Position numbers and translations under genes: made by a program
Assembly: GCF_031769215.1 (NCBI RefSeq)
Contig: NW_026783057.1
Coordinates: 1 to 64,000 of the forward strand
Direction of reading: 5' to 3'
Source of the DNA: Ylistrum balloti
Lineage: Eukaryota
Length of the DNA: 64,000 bases
Notes under the pieces: generated by a model
Seen by the model: only the letters and a program-made list of their open reading frames with translations
Told to the model about the DNA's origin: nothing
The model's database searches: none
Shown: one piece after another, positions 52,601-64,000 of the stretch
Position numbering within the stretch: position 1 is the first letter of the stretch
Layout: the number at the start of each line of letters is the position of its first letter

Positions 52601-53705
52601 GTAGCTAAACATCCACATCAAATTACAAATTAATCGCTTAAAACCACATTTACGTTTGACTGAAATAATTCCTAGAATTCAAGAGGAGACAAATTCAAAT
52701 ATACTTCTATCTCATAATATATGTGACAGAGTAAAATAGGGTCGGTAGGTTGGGATTTCTTTTTAAACAATGTTTGCTTGCTCTTAAAACTGACCTCCCA
52801 AGTAAGGCATATTGATTACGAAAAGGTTTATACCCATGTGTTTGGTATAAAGGTAGGTATAATTATCGCATATGTATATTATAAAATGTTTAATCCGAAG
52901 GGTTCCGACTATCTATCCGCGATTATTTTTGTCTTGGTCGCGGGCGGTAGTCAAAATTCCTTCCTTAAGAAAAACGGGGTTCTAAGGCTCGGGCCTGGGT
53001 CGGCATTCAGGCAATATTTGATATAGTTTACAACAGCGTGATGTTACAGATCATACATCTATTGAAATATAAAACACTTTTCTAAATTGTACTAACTTGC
53101 ATATGTGTGAAAAAATGGATTTCAATTAATTTTCCCAACAATTTTACTTTCTGACATGGTTGCCAATACACGGATTCTCTCTAGACTTGATTCTGCAAAT
53201 CTACCGTTTCCGCCAATCTCGCGAAAGTTATGTTACTATGTTTCAGAAGACAATTCTAGAGAGATTTCGTATAGTGGTAGCCATTGTAGATGTTAGTTTA
53301 GTATTCCCAGAAAGGTGTCGAGAGAACGTACCACATCTATCTGTATACATAAGTTTCTAAGTGCTTGACCTCATTCTACTAGTGTTTCTGGAAATCGCAG
53401 AAAAAGTGGCAAAATCAACACGGAGAGTAAATCTGTTTTTGCCGAATGTTGAAAAAAATAGGGTCGGTAGTAAAATAAAAGAGACAGTCGGGAAACCGGA
53501 AACATGGATATTTGGTTTTTCTTTGTTAACTTAAAGAATAGTTGATTGAGATAAAAAAAATTTACCGTTTCTGAATGTCTTTCACACGTTTCGGTACCGT
53601 TCCGAATGAGCCGTGGTTTAAAAACATTGAGCCTTTTCTCATACAGAACTCTTTTTCTCTCATCTCTTGACCAAACGGAGGAAGTGTCATCTCCTCAGAT
53701 CCCAT
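46638..53705 (-). CDS. PLP-dependent class-V aminotransferase-fold C-S lyase (hercynylcysteine sulfoxide lyase Egt2 / plant L-cysteine desulfhydrase / isopenicillin N epimerase-like), 424 aa, 8 exons
   Basis: Exons (minus): 53566-53705, 52462-52604, 52122-52238, 51725-51838, 51390-51542, 50549-50757, 50292-50450, 46638-46877. GT-AG, consistent phases, 1275 nt. Motifs: LNHGSFG, NATTG, DHITS, IDGAHAPG, GNLHKW (PLP lysine), GTRD, VRLSANVYN. Confidence 0.9.
46878..50130 (-). repeat. 58/53-bp tandem array (about 57 copies) filling intron 7 of the lyase gene; the unit is the splice acceptor plus exon-8 start
   Basis: Sense-strand unit GCCGAAGTGAACCGTGTGTTGGACAGCTTATTGTTTTGATGTTTATGTTATGTTACAG. A 53-bp variant lacks one ATGTT. 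Confidence 0.95.
50803..51170 (+). mobile_element. Interspersed repeat copy 1 (probable non-autonomous DNA element) in lyase intron 5
   Basis: Shares TCCGAAGG(A/G)TTCCGACTATCTATCCGCGA...GGCTCGGGCC...AACTTGCATATGTG with 52894-53110. Confidence 0.55.
52894..53510 (+). mobile_element. Interspersed repeat copy 2 in lyase intron 1
   Basis: Diverged homolog of 50803-51170, ending near GGGTCGGTAG...GTCGGGAAACCGGAAAC. Confidence 0.5.
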
Positions 53706-54355
53706 GGCTGGACAAGATTGAACATAAAACAAAAAACAAGTTAAAATATGTACAATAATATCATCGAGTTAATGCCACCATTTTTGGTGGAGGTGATTGG
53801 GGGTGGAGGGGGGGAGGGCTATTGTTGACTCCAGAGGTGAGGGAGCAAATTTAAAAGATAAGTTTTAATAAATACACAAATATTTTAAAACATTGGATGG
53901 ATGCACAGACCACAGAAAGACACGCACGTTTTACAACAATAGTCGTTTAGTTCATAATATTACAGAATTGTTTTCAAAAACTTAAACAAAGTCACGTAAA
54001 ATAAGTGATGAGCCGTACATGTATATTAAAAAAAACGATTTTCTCTTCCTTAAGCACGCAGTGTTACATAAATATCTAGTTGTTATATTACTTCCGGATG
54101 TTTATCATATAAACAGACATAACATTAAAACACGCATGGACGCTGTAATCATAAGGATTAAGAATAGAAATAGACGTTTGTAAGCCAGCGAAGCTCAAAT
54201 ATGACATAGGTGTAGGGACATACATTTGACATTTGAAATGCTGCAGTAGGTTAGGTAATAGAAAATACTCCGGACATTCTGAAAAGACGCTTGTTTATTA
54301 TAGACACGTAAAGATTGTCTCTTAAACCCGCCATGTTAACGATTTTGTATACAAT

Positions 54356-54778
54356 AGATCAATCTCCCCTTACACCGTCTCATTAACGATTACGTCTACA
54401 GCAGATCAATCCCCCCCTTACACCGTCTCATTAACGATTACGTCTACAGCAGATCAATCTCCCCTTACACCGTCACATTAACGATTACGTCTACAGCAGA
54501 TCAATCTCCCCTTACACCGTCTCATTAACGATTACGTCTACAAGAGATAAATCTCCCATTACACCGTCACATTAACGATTACGTCTACAGCAGATCAATC
54601 TCCCCTTACACCGTCTCATTAACGATTACGTCCACAGCAGATCAATCTCCCCTTACACCGTCACATTAACGATTACGTCCTCAGCAGATCAATCTCCCCT
54701 TACACCGTCACATTAACGATTACGTCTACAGCAGATAAATCTCCCCTTACACCGTCACATTAACGATTACGTCTACAG
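54356..54778. repeat. 47-bp minisatellite, 9 copies, between the LIM-homeobox stop and the lyase start
   Basis: Unit AGATCAATCTCCCCTTACACCGTCTCATTAACGATTACGTCTACAGC (period 47 at 54356/54403), very homogeneous. Confidence 0.93.
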
Positions 54779-55052
54779 CTGTGCTCGTATCATTATAACC
54801 AGGGACGTATAATATCCTGTTATAAACCATAATCAGATGGTAACATTATGACAATCGTCTCACCGACAGGTAATGATAAAAACACGCATGTGTACACTTC
54901 AAATAAATATTTTAATTTTCAACACTCAAACTTTAATTTGAAACAATTTGCGTTACAAAAACGTCATCACTTGGCGTTGCCTGCTTGGATTCAAATTGTT
55001 CTACTCCAGCGATAAAACAAGGAGAAAAGCATAGTGATGACGTAAAATTGTT

Positions 55053-57707
55053 TTAAATCGCAGGAATCCAGGTGTCGCTATCGTGATGCTCCACCTGTCG
55101 TTGATACCATTGAAGGTCGCTATATTGATTCTGGCTGTCTCTGTTGGAGTCCAGCTTTATTTCTCCGTCTCGTGTGAAGTCTGACGCCTTCAGTTCAATG
55201 TTAGGTGGGACCGCGTCTACTGCCAGGGAATCTATGTGTTTGAGCCAGGTATTTAGTCTGTTGAGAGGTGATCTGGCGATAGCGCTGGTCTGTAGAGTAG
55301 ACAGATCACTGGAGTAATTCATCGGGTACTGCACTTCTGAAAAAGGAGTTAAGAACAAAAATTATACATGACTTTGAAAAGAAAATAGTAAGCAAACATG
55401 CGTGTAAATCTAACTTGAAATTAGTAAAAGTTGGACAATTTGAAAAATGGGACTTTATGCTTCGAGAATCACTGACGAGTCCTAGAAAGACGAAACCTCT
55501 GTGTGATACAGTTTAATTAATAATTTTGCTCTACTGTAATGATTTAACAATTGTAAAATGTGCTAATACTTGTGTGTCTTCCGTACAGTTTCACTTTTGT
55601 GACAAATCACCAGAATAATCTTCAGAAGAACATAATAAAACGTAGACAGAATATGTTAAAAACTGTAGTAAATAGACATCGATTTTGGCTTGTATTTTAT
55701 TGGATCGCATCTCGTTTTTCTAGGAAACCTACCATTTATTGTATTCTGCACATCGTCTCCAGAACCCGAGAGAGAACCGGAAGTTGTTTCATTGTCACTA
55801 AGCCCAGAATCCTGATTTCTGCCACCACATCCTCTGCGGATATTTCTTATTCTTCGACTCCTGGTTTTGCTTCGTTTATTACGGAACCACGAGTGTATCA
55901 GCCTGGTTTCAATGCCTGTAAGAGTACTCAGTTTCTGCCGGATGTGACGTGGAGGTCGTGGGTTACTCCTATACGCATGTTCTAATATATCCCTCTGATT
56001 ATGATTCAGGTTTAACGCGAGTCGTTTACTTGTGTGGCCGTCACCAGTGGAGGTTATGTTTCGGTCCTCTGACGCTATAAATAAACAGAAACATAACCGT
56101 AATAATATTTAATAGTAATAAATAGTAACTTTGGTTAGGACCTATACATAAAATGGAGAGTTTCGTACTTAATTCAACTAGATGGAAAAAATATACGTAC
56201 AAGAAAAAAATGTGTAAAAACAAGACCGCTATCTTCCTCGTTCTTGTGTGTTAAGATGTCAGTAACTTTTGCATCAACGTTTGCATTTTTTACCTTGAGT
56301 TGTGATTTTTTGGAGGTCCTGGTCGCATAAAAGCTTATCGTCTTCCCGAATGTAGAATTTATCACCGGTCTGTAATCCAACGCGACACACTGCGCACGCA
56401 AAACAGGTCTCGTGATAGATGTTGTTGCCTGCCATTCGAACGGACTCCTCTGGAGCTACCATACCAGAGCATCCAGAACACATTCCGCCAAACCTCCTGT
56501 AGATGAAAATTACACAACGGTGATTTAAAACTCAAAAATTGACATATCTTTCATATATGTTTTACGTTATTTCAAGGAATTTAAATGGGTTAACCCGTCA
56601 GTACAACTAAGTAAGACACACTATAGCTCATTAGTAAACTGATGTCAGATTTAATGAAAACTACGGGAAAAAGCTGTGACACTAATCTACTGGGGTCAAC
56701 TGTGTTGGTCACACTTGTTATGACCTAGAGAGCTCACCTGTAAAAGTCAGTTTGACAATAGATGTCGGTCCCGTCAGAAAAACAAACATTCGACACTTCC
56801 ACGCCACACGCCGTACATCGAACGCATGCGCTGTGCATTACTTCATCTTGCACGCGAACCACTAGTCTGTCGAAGATTGCGTTTCCACATCTACAGCAAG
56901 TTGGGGCGCTTACTGTGGAAGGAAATAAAACATTATTTCGATTTATTGTAAACAACATAAAGTCTATTTTTTGTCATCAATCTACTCTATACGATCCAGA
57001 AATAAAGACATAAAAGGGTCAAATGTAATACTACGGACAGCTTTAGGCATTAATCTTTGTGGTCATACGAAATGGCATTATATCATATAGACTAAAACAT
57101 AAATAAAGAACATTGACAGGTAAACATCTGAAATAATGGTGTATACATCCTACAAGCCAAATTTAAAATATTAGTGGGAAACACACAGCTTCAGAATACA
57201 GTACATATTTAGTAATATTTTAAAATCTGTTTACCATTCAAAGTTAGCAAACTGATTTTGTATGTTATCGAAAATCCCCTTTTTGAATTTCTGCTGGTTT
57301 GGATTTTCTTAAATTTCTTTCAGAATATCGACAAGTTTGGTCCGTTTGGAGAGTCTAAGATGGGTAAAACAGCAGTGTGTTTCTGGTAATTATTGTTAGT
57401 CTTCAACATATCCTGTTTCTATTGCTAAATCAGTGACATATCCTGAATTTTGGTAAAGGTGGGGGCCAAAAACATCTTTCCGTCTTTTCAATAAAATGAA
57501 TAAGCAATGAAAACATTACATCGTTCGCATTCATTTCTCACCTCCATTCCAGTTGTTTCCGACCATGGAAAGTTGCTCCTGAGTTTGGGGGACAGCCAGG
57601 TGCTCGTGGGGTATGGCGACTGGCGTGAGATGATGCACCCTGGGGTTTGGGACTGATGTAGATGAGTGTAGCCTTTCCAGTATATCGGGTGATGTACATG
57701 TGCCCAT
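55053..57707 (-). CDS. Divergent LIM-homeodomain transcription factor (Lhx3/4 - Lhx1/5 group), about 389 aa, 5 exons
   Basis: Exons (minus): 57542-57707 (start less certain), 56738-56912 (LIM1), 56294-56496 (LIM2), 55733-56074 (homeodomain; not in the ORF track), 55053-55336. Phases 1/2/1/1, 1170 nt. All zinc ligands of both LIMs are intact, with the DFYR|RFG junction. Homeodomain: SKRLALNLNHNQRDILEHAYRSNPRPPRHIRQKLSTLTGIETRLIHSWFRNKRSKTRSRR. Confidence 0.88.
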
Positions 57708-60349
57708 CTTACTTATAGTATGGGTAAAAATATAAACGACAGAGAAATCACGCGTCTTCGACACTTGTTTAAATTTTTCCAAAATTCGAGTAGTCCAGGA
57801 GTAAAACTTGTCATCCGTCGTTTACGAGATGTGAGTGAGTTATGAAGATTCTCAGAGTGACCTGGCTATTTATCGTGACCTCGTAGACCAAACATTCCAG
57901 GTAGAGCCGTATAAATTAAACATATACAGGTATGTAAAGTTAATCAGTTCCTATTATACCATGATTCCGGATAGATTAACGGGGTCATTGTTCAGGTGAA
58001 CGCGTGAATGTACTTTAGGGTAGATCCGCGACGCCCAGATTGCAGGTAGCATGTCTCAGAAAGGGGTCGGGATTCACCTACAGACGGGTAAATGAGAAAA
58101 TACGACGGACGTCTGGGGTCAGGTTTTAACAGGTGATCAACCCCCTCGAGTGACTTGCTTGTAGCTGGGGTCAACATTACAGACTTACAGGTAATTCGGC
58201 TGACCAGACGGGTAAATATTGTCTAGGATAACGGTAGTTTTAAAAGAATCCAACCTTTGTTTACTTATATTGTTTACAAACTTTCTATAGATATTGATAA
58301 TGGCGTTGCCTGTTTTTACTCGTTTACTACCGACGTAAATGAAATTCGGTCAGGCAGTCAGACGGTTCAGTGAGAGATAAGACCCAGACAGTGAGATCAT
58401 ACGAAGGACTGTTATATATAATATCTGTTACAATCTTGTGTACTTCTTGATCATAAGAATTCAGAAGAGTTACAGAAAAAGAGGAGGGGCGGGAGGATAT
58501 CACACAAATTTGAACAATATTGAAAGAAAGAAACTTACAAGGACCCATACACACAGATACACACGGACAAACACATACCTACACATGTTCACATAATAAC
58601 TTGTTATACAGTTATACATGAATCACCTTTCAATAACATATTAACACATTATTTGTGTGGTTCATTTCACAACTTTAGGCACATAACGATATAATACAGA
58701 TATTCTTTCGCTCGGTTAGCAATGATTTATGTATTAACACGAAAGCGCGAAAACACGGTGTAAAAAGTCATGCACAACACTATCATAGACAATGCTTATG
58801 TATGATCCAAGTTACAACAGGCCACTGTGTGGTAGGATTCTAGTCACAATGACTATGGAGTTAATTCTAAAATCCCCCAGTTATTTTGGCGATAAATCAT
58901 AGGCGATGATATCACCACAAAGACCATGAAGTCAATGATAATTATGACCCTTTTCCTCTAAATTCAACTTCTTTTAGCAAATCATTGATAAAGGTCCACC
59001 TTGTAAAATTCCACGTCTAATAATTACCTTGTCTGACTTAAGACCATTAAGCACAACATTACTGGTTAAACGATAACACATTTGTTTCTTAATATTCCAT
59101 ATTTTCCCTTTTCAATGCCCATATTATAAAGTTTATAAAACAGACTTTCTTGCCATACCGAGTCGAATGCTTTATTACTATGTAGAAAAGCAACAAAGAC
59201 ATCAGATCCATTTTCTGGGTTACAGTTAACACTTTCTTGTAAATTTAAGAATTACAAAAGCTGTTTGGTAATATACATGTTTATAGAATCGGGCTTAGAC
59301 GAGTAGACAACAGTGTCTCACAGGAGTTTATATAACACCCCTGTAACTATTTAGGTCGTCATTTGGTTAACGATTACCTTTATACAACGTGGTTATCGTG
59401 CCAAGTTCCCAGGATTTCAGAATATATTCATAATTAACAATCAGATTGAAAAAAAATAAGTATTATGTGTAGCTAATGAATTGTTACAGTACTTACCATA
59501 TTCAAACACAATGATCGTCTGGACCACCAGACATTCTTGTCTTAAGATTTTTACATATTTCAGAAACCTCCTTAAAAATGAATTCCTTTTCTATAAACTC
59601 TCTACAATCAAAGTTGTACCGTAACAGCGTAACTCGAAGTTCCAATAAATAAACTGAAAATTTGATTTAAATAAATGATTAATAAATAGTTTATCTAGAG
59701 TGTATCTCGACATATAGGTGTCCCTGACTGCGATTACTACAAAACGTTGGTATTACTTACGGACGTTGGCCGTAGTAATACTAATACGATACTGTACATC
59801 TAACGGGTTTGGATATTTGACAGCGATCATTCTACGTCATGAGCTGGGTAAGGGTAAGACAAGGACAATACATTTGACGGTTTTTAATATCGAACTTTTT
59901 TGTTATGACTCCTTAACATGAAAGCAATGAATATTGATTGCTTCACGTATCGGTTGGTAATCAGAAATACCTTCTTCATTTTAAATATGAACTTAATATT
60001 ACTTTTTCTCCCTAACCTTAGTTTTGTTTACTTCTGTTTATTTGCATTAAAGTCAGAAGTAAAAAGTCCACTGGATTATATTATAATTTTCATCTGAAGA
60101 TCTGCGACCTGTTAAATGGAAAAATGTTGTACGCCTGAAAGGTAATAAATACCGCTCCAGGGACTGACAAATTACATCTAATTATATCATAAACAATTAT
60201 GATTTAGTCAATTAGGCGTAGCATTCTATCACTATTGACACCCAATATTATCTTATTTCTGGGCTGATCAACTTCAATCAAAGTGCAGTCCACTCCCTTT
60301 TGGTAACGGTTCGGTGATGGCCACCTTGCAATTTAAATGAACTTTTTAT

Positions 60350-62100
60350 TCTGACCTCTGTATTATCATTGTGATCTTTATATCATTATTTTGACCTCTG
60401 TATTATTAATATGGTTTTTATATCATTATTTTGACCTCTGTATTATTAATGTGGTCTTTATATTATTATTCTGACCTCTGTATTATTAATGTGGTCTTTA
60501 TATCATTTTTCTGACCACTGTATTATTAATATGGTTTTTATATCATTATTTTGACCTCTGTATTATTAATGTGGTCTTTATATTATTATTCTGACCTCTG
60601 TATTATTAATGTGGTCTTTATATCATTTTTCTGACCACTGTATTATTAATATGGTTTTTATATCATTATTTTGACCTCTGTATTACTAATGTGGTTTTTA
60701 TATCATTATTTTGACCTCTGTATTATTAATGTGGTCTTTATATTATTATTCTGACCTCTGTATTATTAATGTGGTCTTTATATCATTTTTCTGACCACTG
60801 TATTATTAATATGGTTTTTATATCATTATTTTGACCTCTGTATTATTAATATGGTTTTTATATCATTATTTTGACCTCTGTATTATTAATGTGGTCTTTA
60901 TATTATTATTCTGACCTCTGTATTTTTAATGTGGTTTTTATATCATTATTTTGACCTCTGTAGTATTTATGTGGTCTTTATATCATTATTTTGACCTCTG
61001 TATTACCATCGTGGTCTTTATACTGTTATTTTGACCTCTGTATTATCATTGTGATCTTTATATCATTTTTCTAACCTCTGTATTATCATCGTGGTCTTTA
61101 TACTGTTATTTTGACCTCTGTATTATCATTGTGATCTTTATATCATTTTTCTGACCTCTGTATTATCATCGTGGTCTTTATACTGTTATTTTGACCTCTG
61201 TATTATCATTGTGATCTTTATATTGTTATTTTGACCTCTATATTATCATCGTTTTGACCTCTGTATTATCATTGTGATCTTTATATTGTAATTTTGACCT
61301 CTGTATTATCATCGTGGTCTTTATATTGTAATTTTGACCTCTGTATTATCATTGTGATCTTTATATTGTAATTTTGACCTCTGTATTATCATCGTGGTCT
61401 TTATATTGTTATTTTGACCTTTGTGTTATCATTGTGATCTTTATATTGTTATTTTGACCTTTGTGTTATCATTGTGATCTTTATATTGTTATTTTGACCT
61501 CTATATTATCATTGTGATCTTTATATTGTTATTTTGACCTCTATATTATCATTGTGATCTTTATATTGTTATTTTGACCTTTGTGTTATCATTGTGATCT
61601 TTATATTGTTATTTTGACCTTTGTGTTATCATTGTGATCTTTATATCATTATCTGACCTTTGTATTAATATTCTTGCCTTTCTTCTACTATTGTGACCTT
61701 TCTATTGTAATTCTGACCTTTCTTCTACTATTGTGACCTTTCTATTGTTATTCTGACCTTTCTTCTACTATTGTGACCTTTCTATTGTAACTCTGACTTT
61801 TCTACTTTTACTGTGACCTTTCTACTTTTACCGTGACCTTTCTACTTTTACCGTGACCTTTCTATTTTTACCGTGACCTTTCTATTGAATTACTGCTGTG
61901 ATCTTTCTATTATTATTCTGATGTTTGAGCTTTTAGCGTGACCTTTCTACTTTTACCGTGACCTTTCTATTTTTACCGTGGCCTTTCTACTTTTACCGTG
62001 ACCTTTCTATTTTTACCGTGACCTTTCTATAACTATTCTGACATTTGAATTACTGCTGTGATCTTTCTATTATTATTCTGACCTTTGAGCTTTTATTGTG
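60350..62100. repeat. 40-bp (2 x 20-bp) minisatellite grading into 20-bp monomers
   Basis: Unit TTATTTTGACCTCTGTATTATTAATGTGGTCTTTATATCA (period 40 at 60391/60431). From about 61700 it becomes 20-bp GTGACCTTTCTACTTTTACC-type monomers, with degenerate continuation to about 62400. Confidence 0.92.
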
Positions 62101-64000
62101 ATCTTTTAGTACCATTGTGGATTTTTTGGTATAAATTGACAATTTCATTATCTTTCTTATCTCTCAATACAATTTTGACATTTCCAGTATCATAGTAGTA
62201 TTTCAAATATTATTTTTACCTTTTTAATGTTTTGGACCTTTCTGGTAGTTGTTACCTTTCCACTCTCATTGTGACCTTATTAATATTTGTGACCTTTGAA
62301 CTCTCATTGTGACCTTTTTAATATGTGTGACATTTTCACTCTTGTCTTGGCATTTACGATACTATTGTGACCTCGCTAGTATGTGACCTTTCTAACATCG
62401 TAGAGACATTTCTATTGTCGTTCTGAATTTACTGGTATTGTTGCTATCTCCTGTCATGGGAATTCATATAAAATAGTGTGGCCTTCCACACAGTGTCATG
62501 GTGAACTTCTTAGTGTAACTAAATTGGCTCTGAAATGATAAGTTAAATTCGATATTGTGACCTTCCCAGTGTTACAGATAACCCCGACGGTCACTGAGAT
62601 TTTCCACTCTTACATAACGTCGATGCGACTTGTAGAACCATCCTGTTTACGTATGCTGGCGGAGGTCAACTGAACATGGGGTATTTTACACTTGTATTTA
62701 CATCTATCTATTATCTCTAACATATATATTATGGATATGTGTGTGTTGCCGTGCGTGTATATATAGGGTAAATATGAGTATTATACAAAAACACGCCCAG
62801 CCAGCTGACAGCACAGTGACTGGAGCCACTCCATGCCCGAGTATGCGTGATGTGGCAAATATTATGGAACATCTCCGATGCCTGCCAGTGATGCTAGATT
62901 GTTGTTCCGGATACAGACTGATTTTTAGATGAAGAAAGGCAGGACAAGCTTTGTTCCAGGTAGGTTACAAGCTACAGTGTTTAGAGTAGTTTTGTGTTGA
63001 CAATCACCTTTGTACTATGTCACACGTTGTCGCTTTCACGACCACGTAAAATAACACACGATACACATGATAACCAAGACACCTGTTTACGATCAGCTGA
63101 CACAGATTTACCTGTTTACGGACGGGAGTCTACTTCTTGGGATTCACAATCTAAGTACACTGCTTCGGCTGGAAATTCTCCATGGAGGTCAGCCCGTCAC
63201 ATATTACAATATAACAGTGATCACATCATGGTACCGACACATACCATAAGTACATTTGTCTCTTATTTAGAGCGTACAAGTACAGATCATGGTACCCTCT
63301 TTACTCTCAACAGTCCCTAATGATCTATATGACAGAGATAGCTTTCAATTTATAATTCTTAGTGAGACTATTATTCCGATACCGTTTAATTTTGCACATA
63401 TTGTTTCAAACCAGCGATGGTATCTGTGTTACACCCTGTTTTCTAGAGTTGATTTTTATATCGTTACATTTCTTCATTAATTCGTTCACATCTCCTTCTA
63501 TGTTATTTAATCTTGTAATGTCTTAGCCAGTATTCAAATGACTCTTGTCGTTCGTCTGTCAAATGTAAGTGTCCATGCAAAGTTTTCCTTCAAATGATGA
63601 AAATGAAGCTGTTTAGAAAGGTTTACTGACCAGATGGCAAGGACGCCGAAGTGGTATATAACCTGACTGCGATATAGGGAGTAACTACAAAAACAAGGTT
63701 TTCATGTCAAATTAAATATATATGATACATTTTATTTTGAATGTTTGCATTGATGTACATGTATGTTCAATAAGTATTTTACACTATACCAACACTGTCT
63801 ATTAATCAATTTCTACTGATGTTTTCAACGTGCGACAAGTACACCAGACAGTGAATACTACACATGTTAGCAGGTCAATGGCTTTTAACTGCCTTAATGT
63901 TTTACTGCTGATATCACAACATAGGATTTCCAGTCACTTATGTCTCGAGTGTAAAACCACAACCTCCAAACGTTTAAGTGCATTTGTACGAAGTATATGC

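Noticed and set aside
53790-53820. G-rich tract (and the C-run at 1448-1467) as G-quadruplex elements
   Set aside because: These are short homopolymer-like runs with no supporting context, and are common and error-prone in assemblies.
56294-56912. LIM-only (LMO-like) gene, as suggested by the ORF track
   Set aside because: A complete, in-phase homeodomain exon exists at 55733-56074, so it is a LIM-homeobox gene.
59495-59600. Minus-strand exon-like segment ending in G|GTAAGT upstream of the homeobox gene
   Set aside because: The ATG frame hits a stop and the open frame has no ATG. It could be a 5'UTR exon but cannot be supported from sequence alone.

Overview
AT-rich, intron-rich animal genomic DNA, most likely a bivalve mollusc and probably an oyster (inferred from repeat types and gene content; not a prokaryote, no CRISPR). 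I reconstructed five spliced protein-coding genes by hand, with GT-AG boundaries and consistent phases. They are a sideroflexin (SFXN2-like, minus, 10 coding exons), ARL3 (plus, 6 exons) head-to-head with it across a promoter of about 150 bp, MRPS2 (minus, 3 exons), a PLP-dependent class-V C-S lyase (Egt2/plant LCD-like, minus, 8 exons), and a LIM-homeobox gene with a highly divergent homeodomain (minus, 5 exons). Introns and spacers hold many mobile elements: the 5' end of a DIRS-like retrotransposon, TTAA-flanked Kolobok-like elements, a Penelope RT fragment, 5'-truncated L2/CR1-group and L1/Tx1-group LINEs with TSDs, a solo LTR, a tRNA-derived SINE head and Helentron/HINE-like elements. There are also at least 10 minisatellite arrays. 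The most unusual signals are (1) a 3.2 kb intronic array made of about 57 amplified copies of the lyase gene's own last splice acceptor plus exon start, (2) the LIM-homeodomain with altered DNA-contact residues (A5, S47, R50), (3) the SFXN2-ARL3 bidirectional pair also found in human, and (4) the lyase as a candidate for the unassigned metazoan sulfoxide C-S lyase step. All homology calls rest on recalled family motifs; no database search was run.
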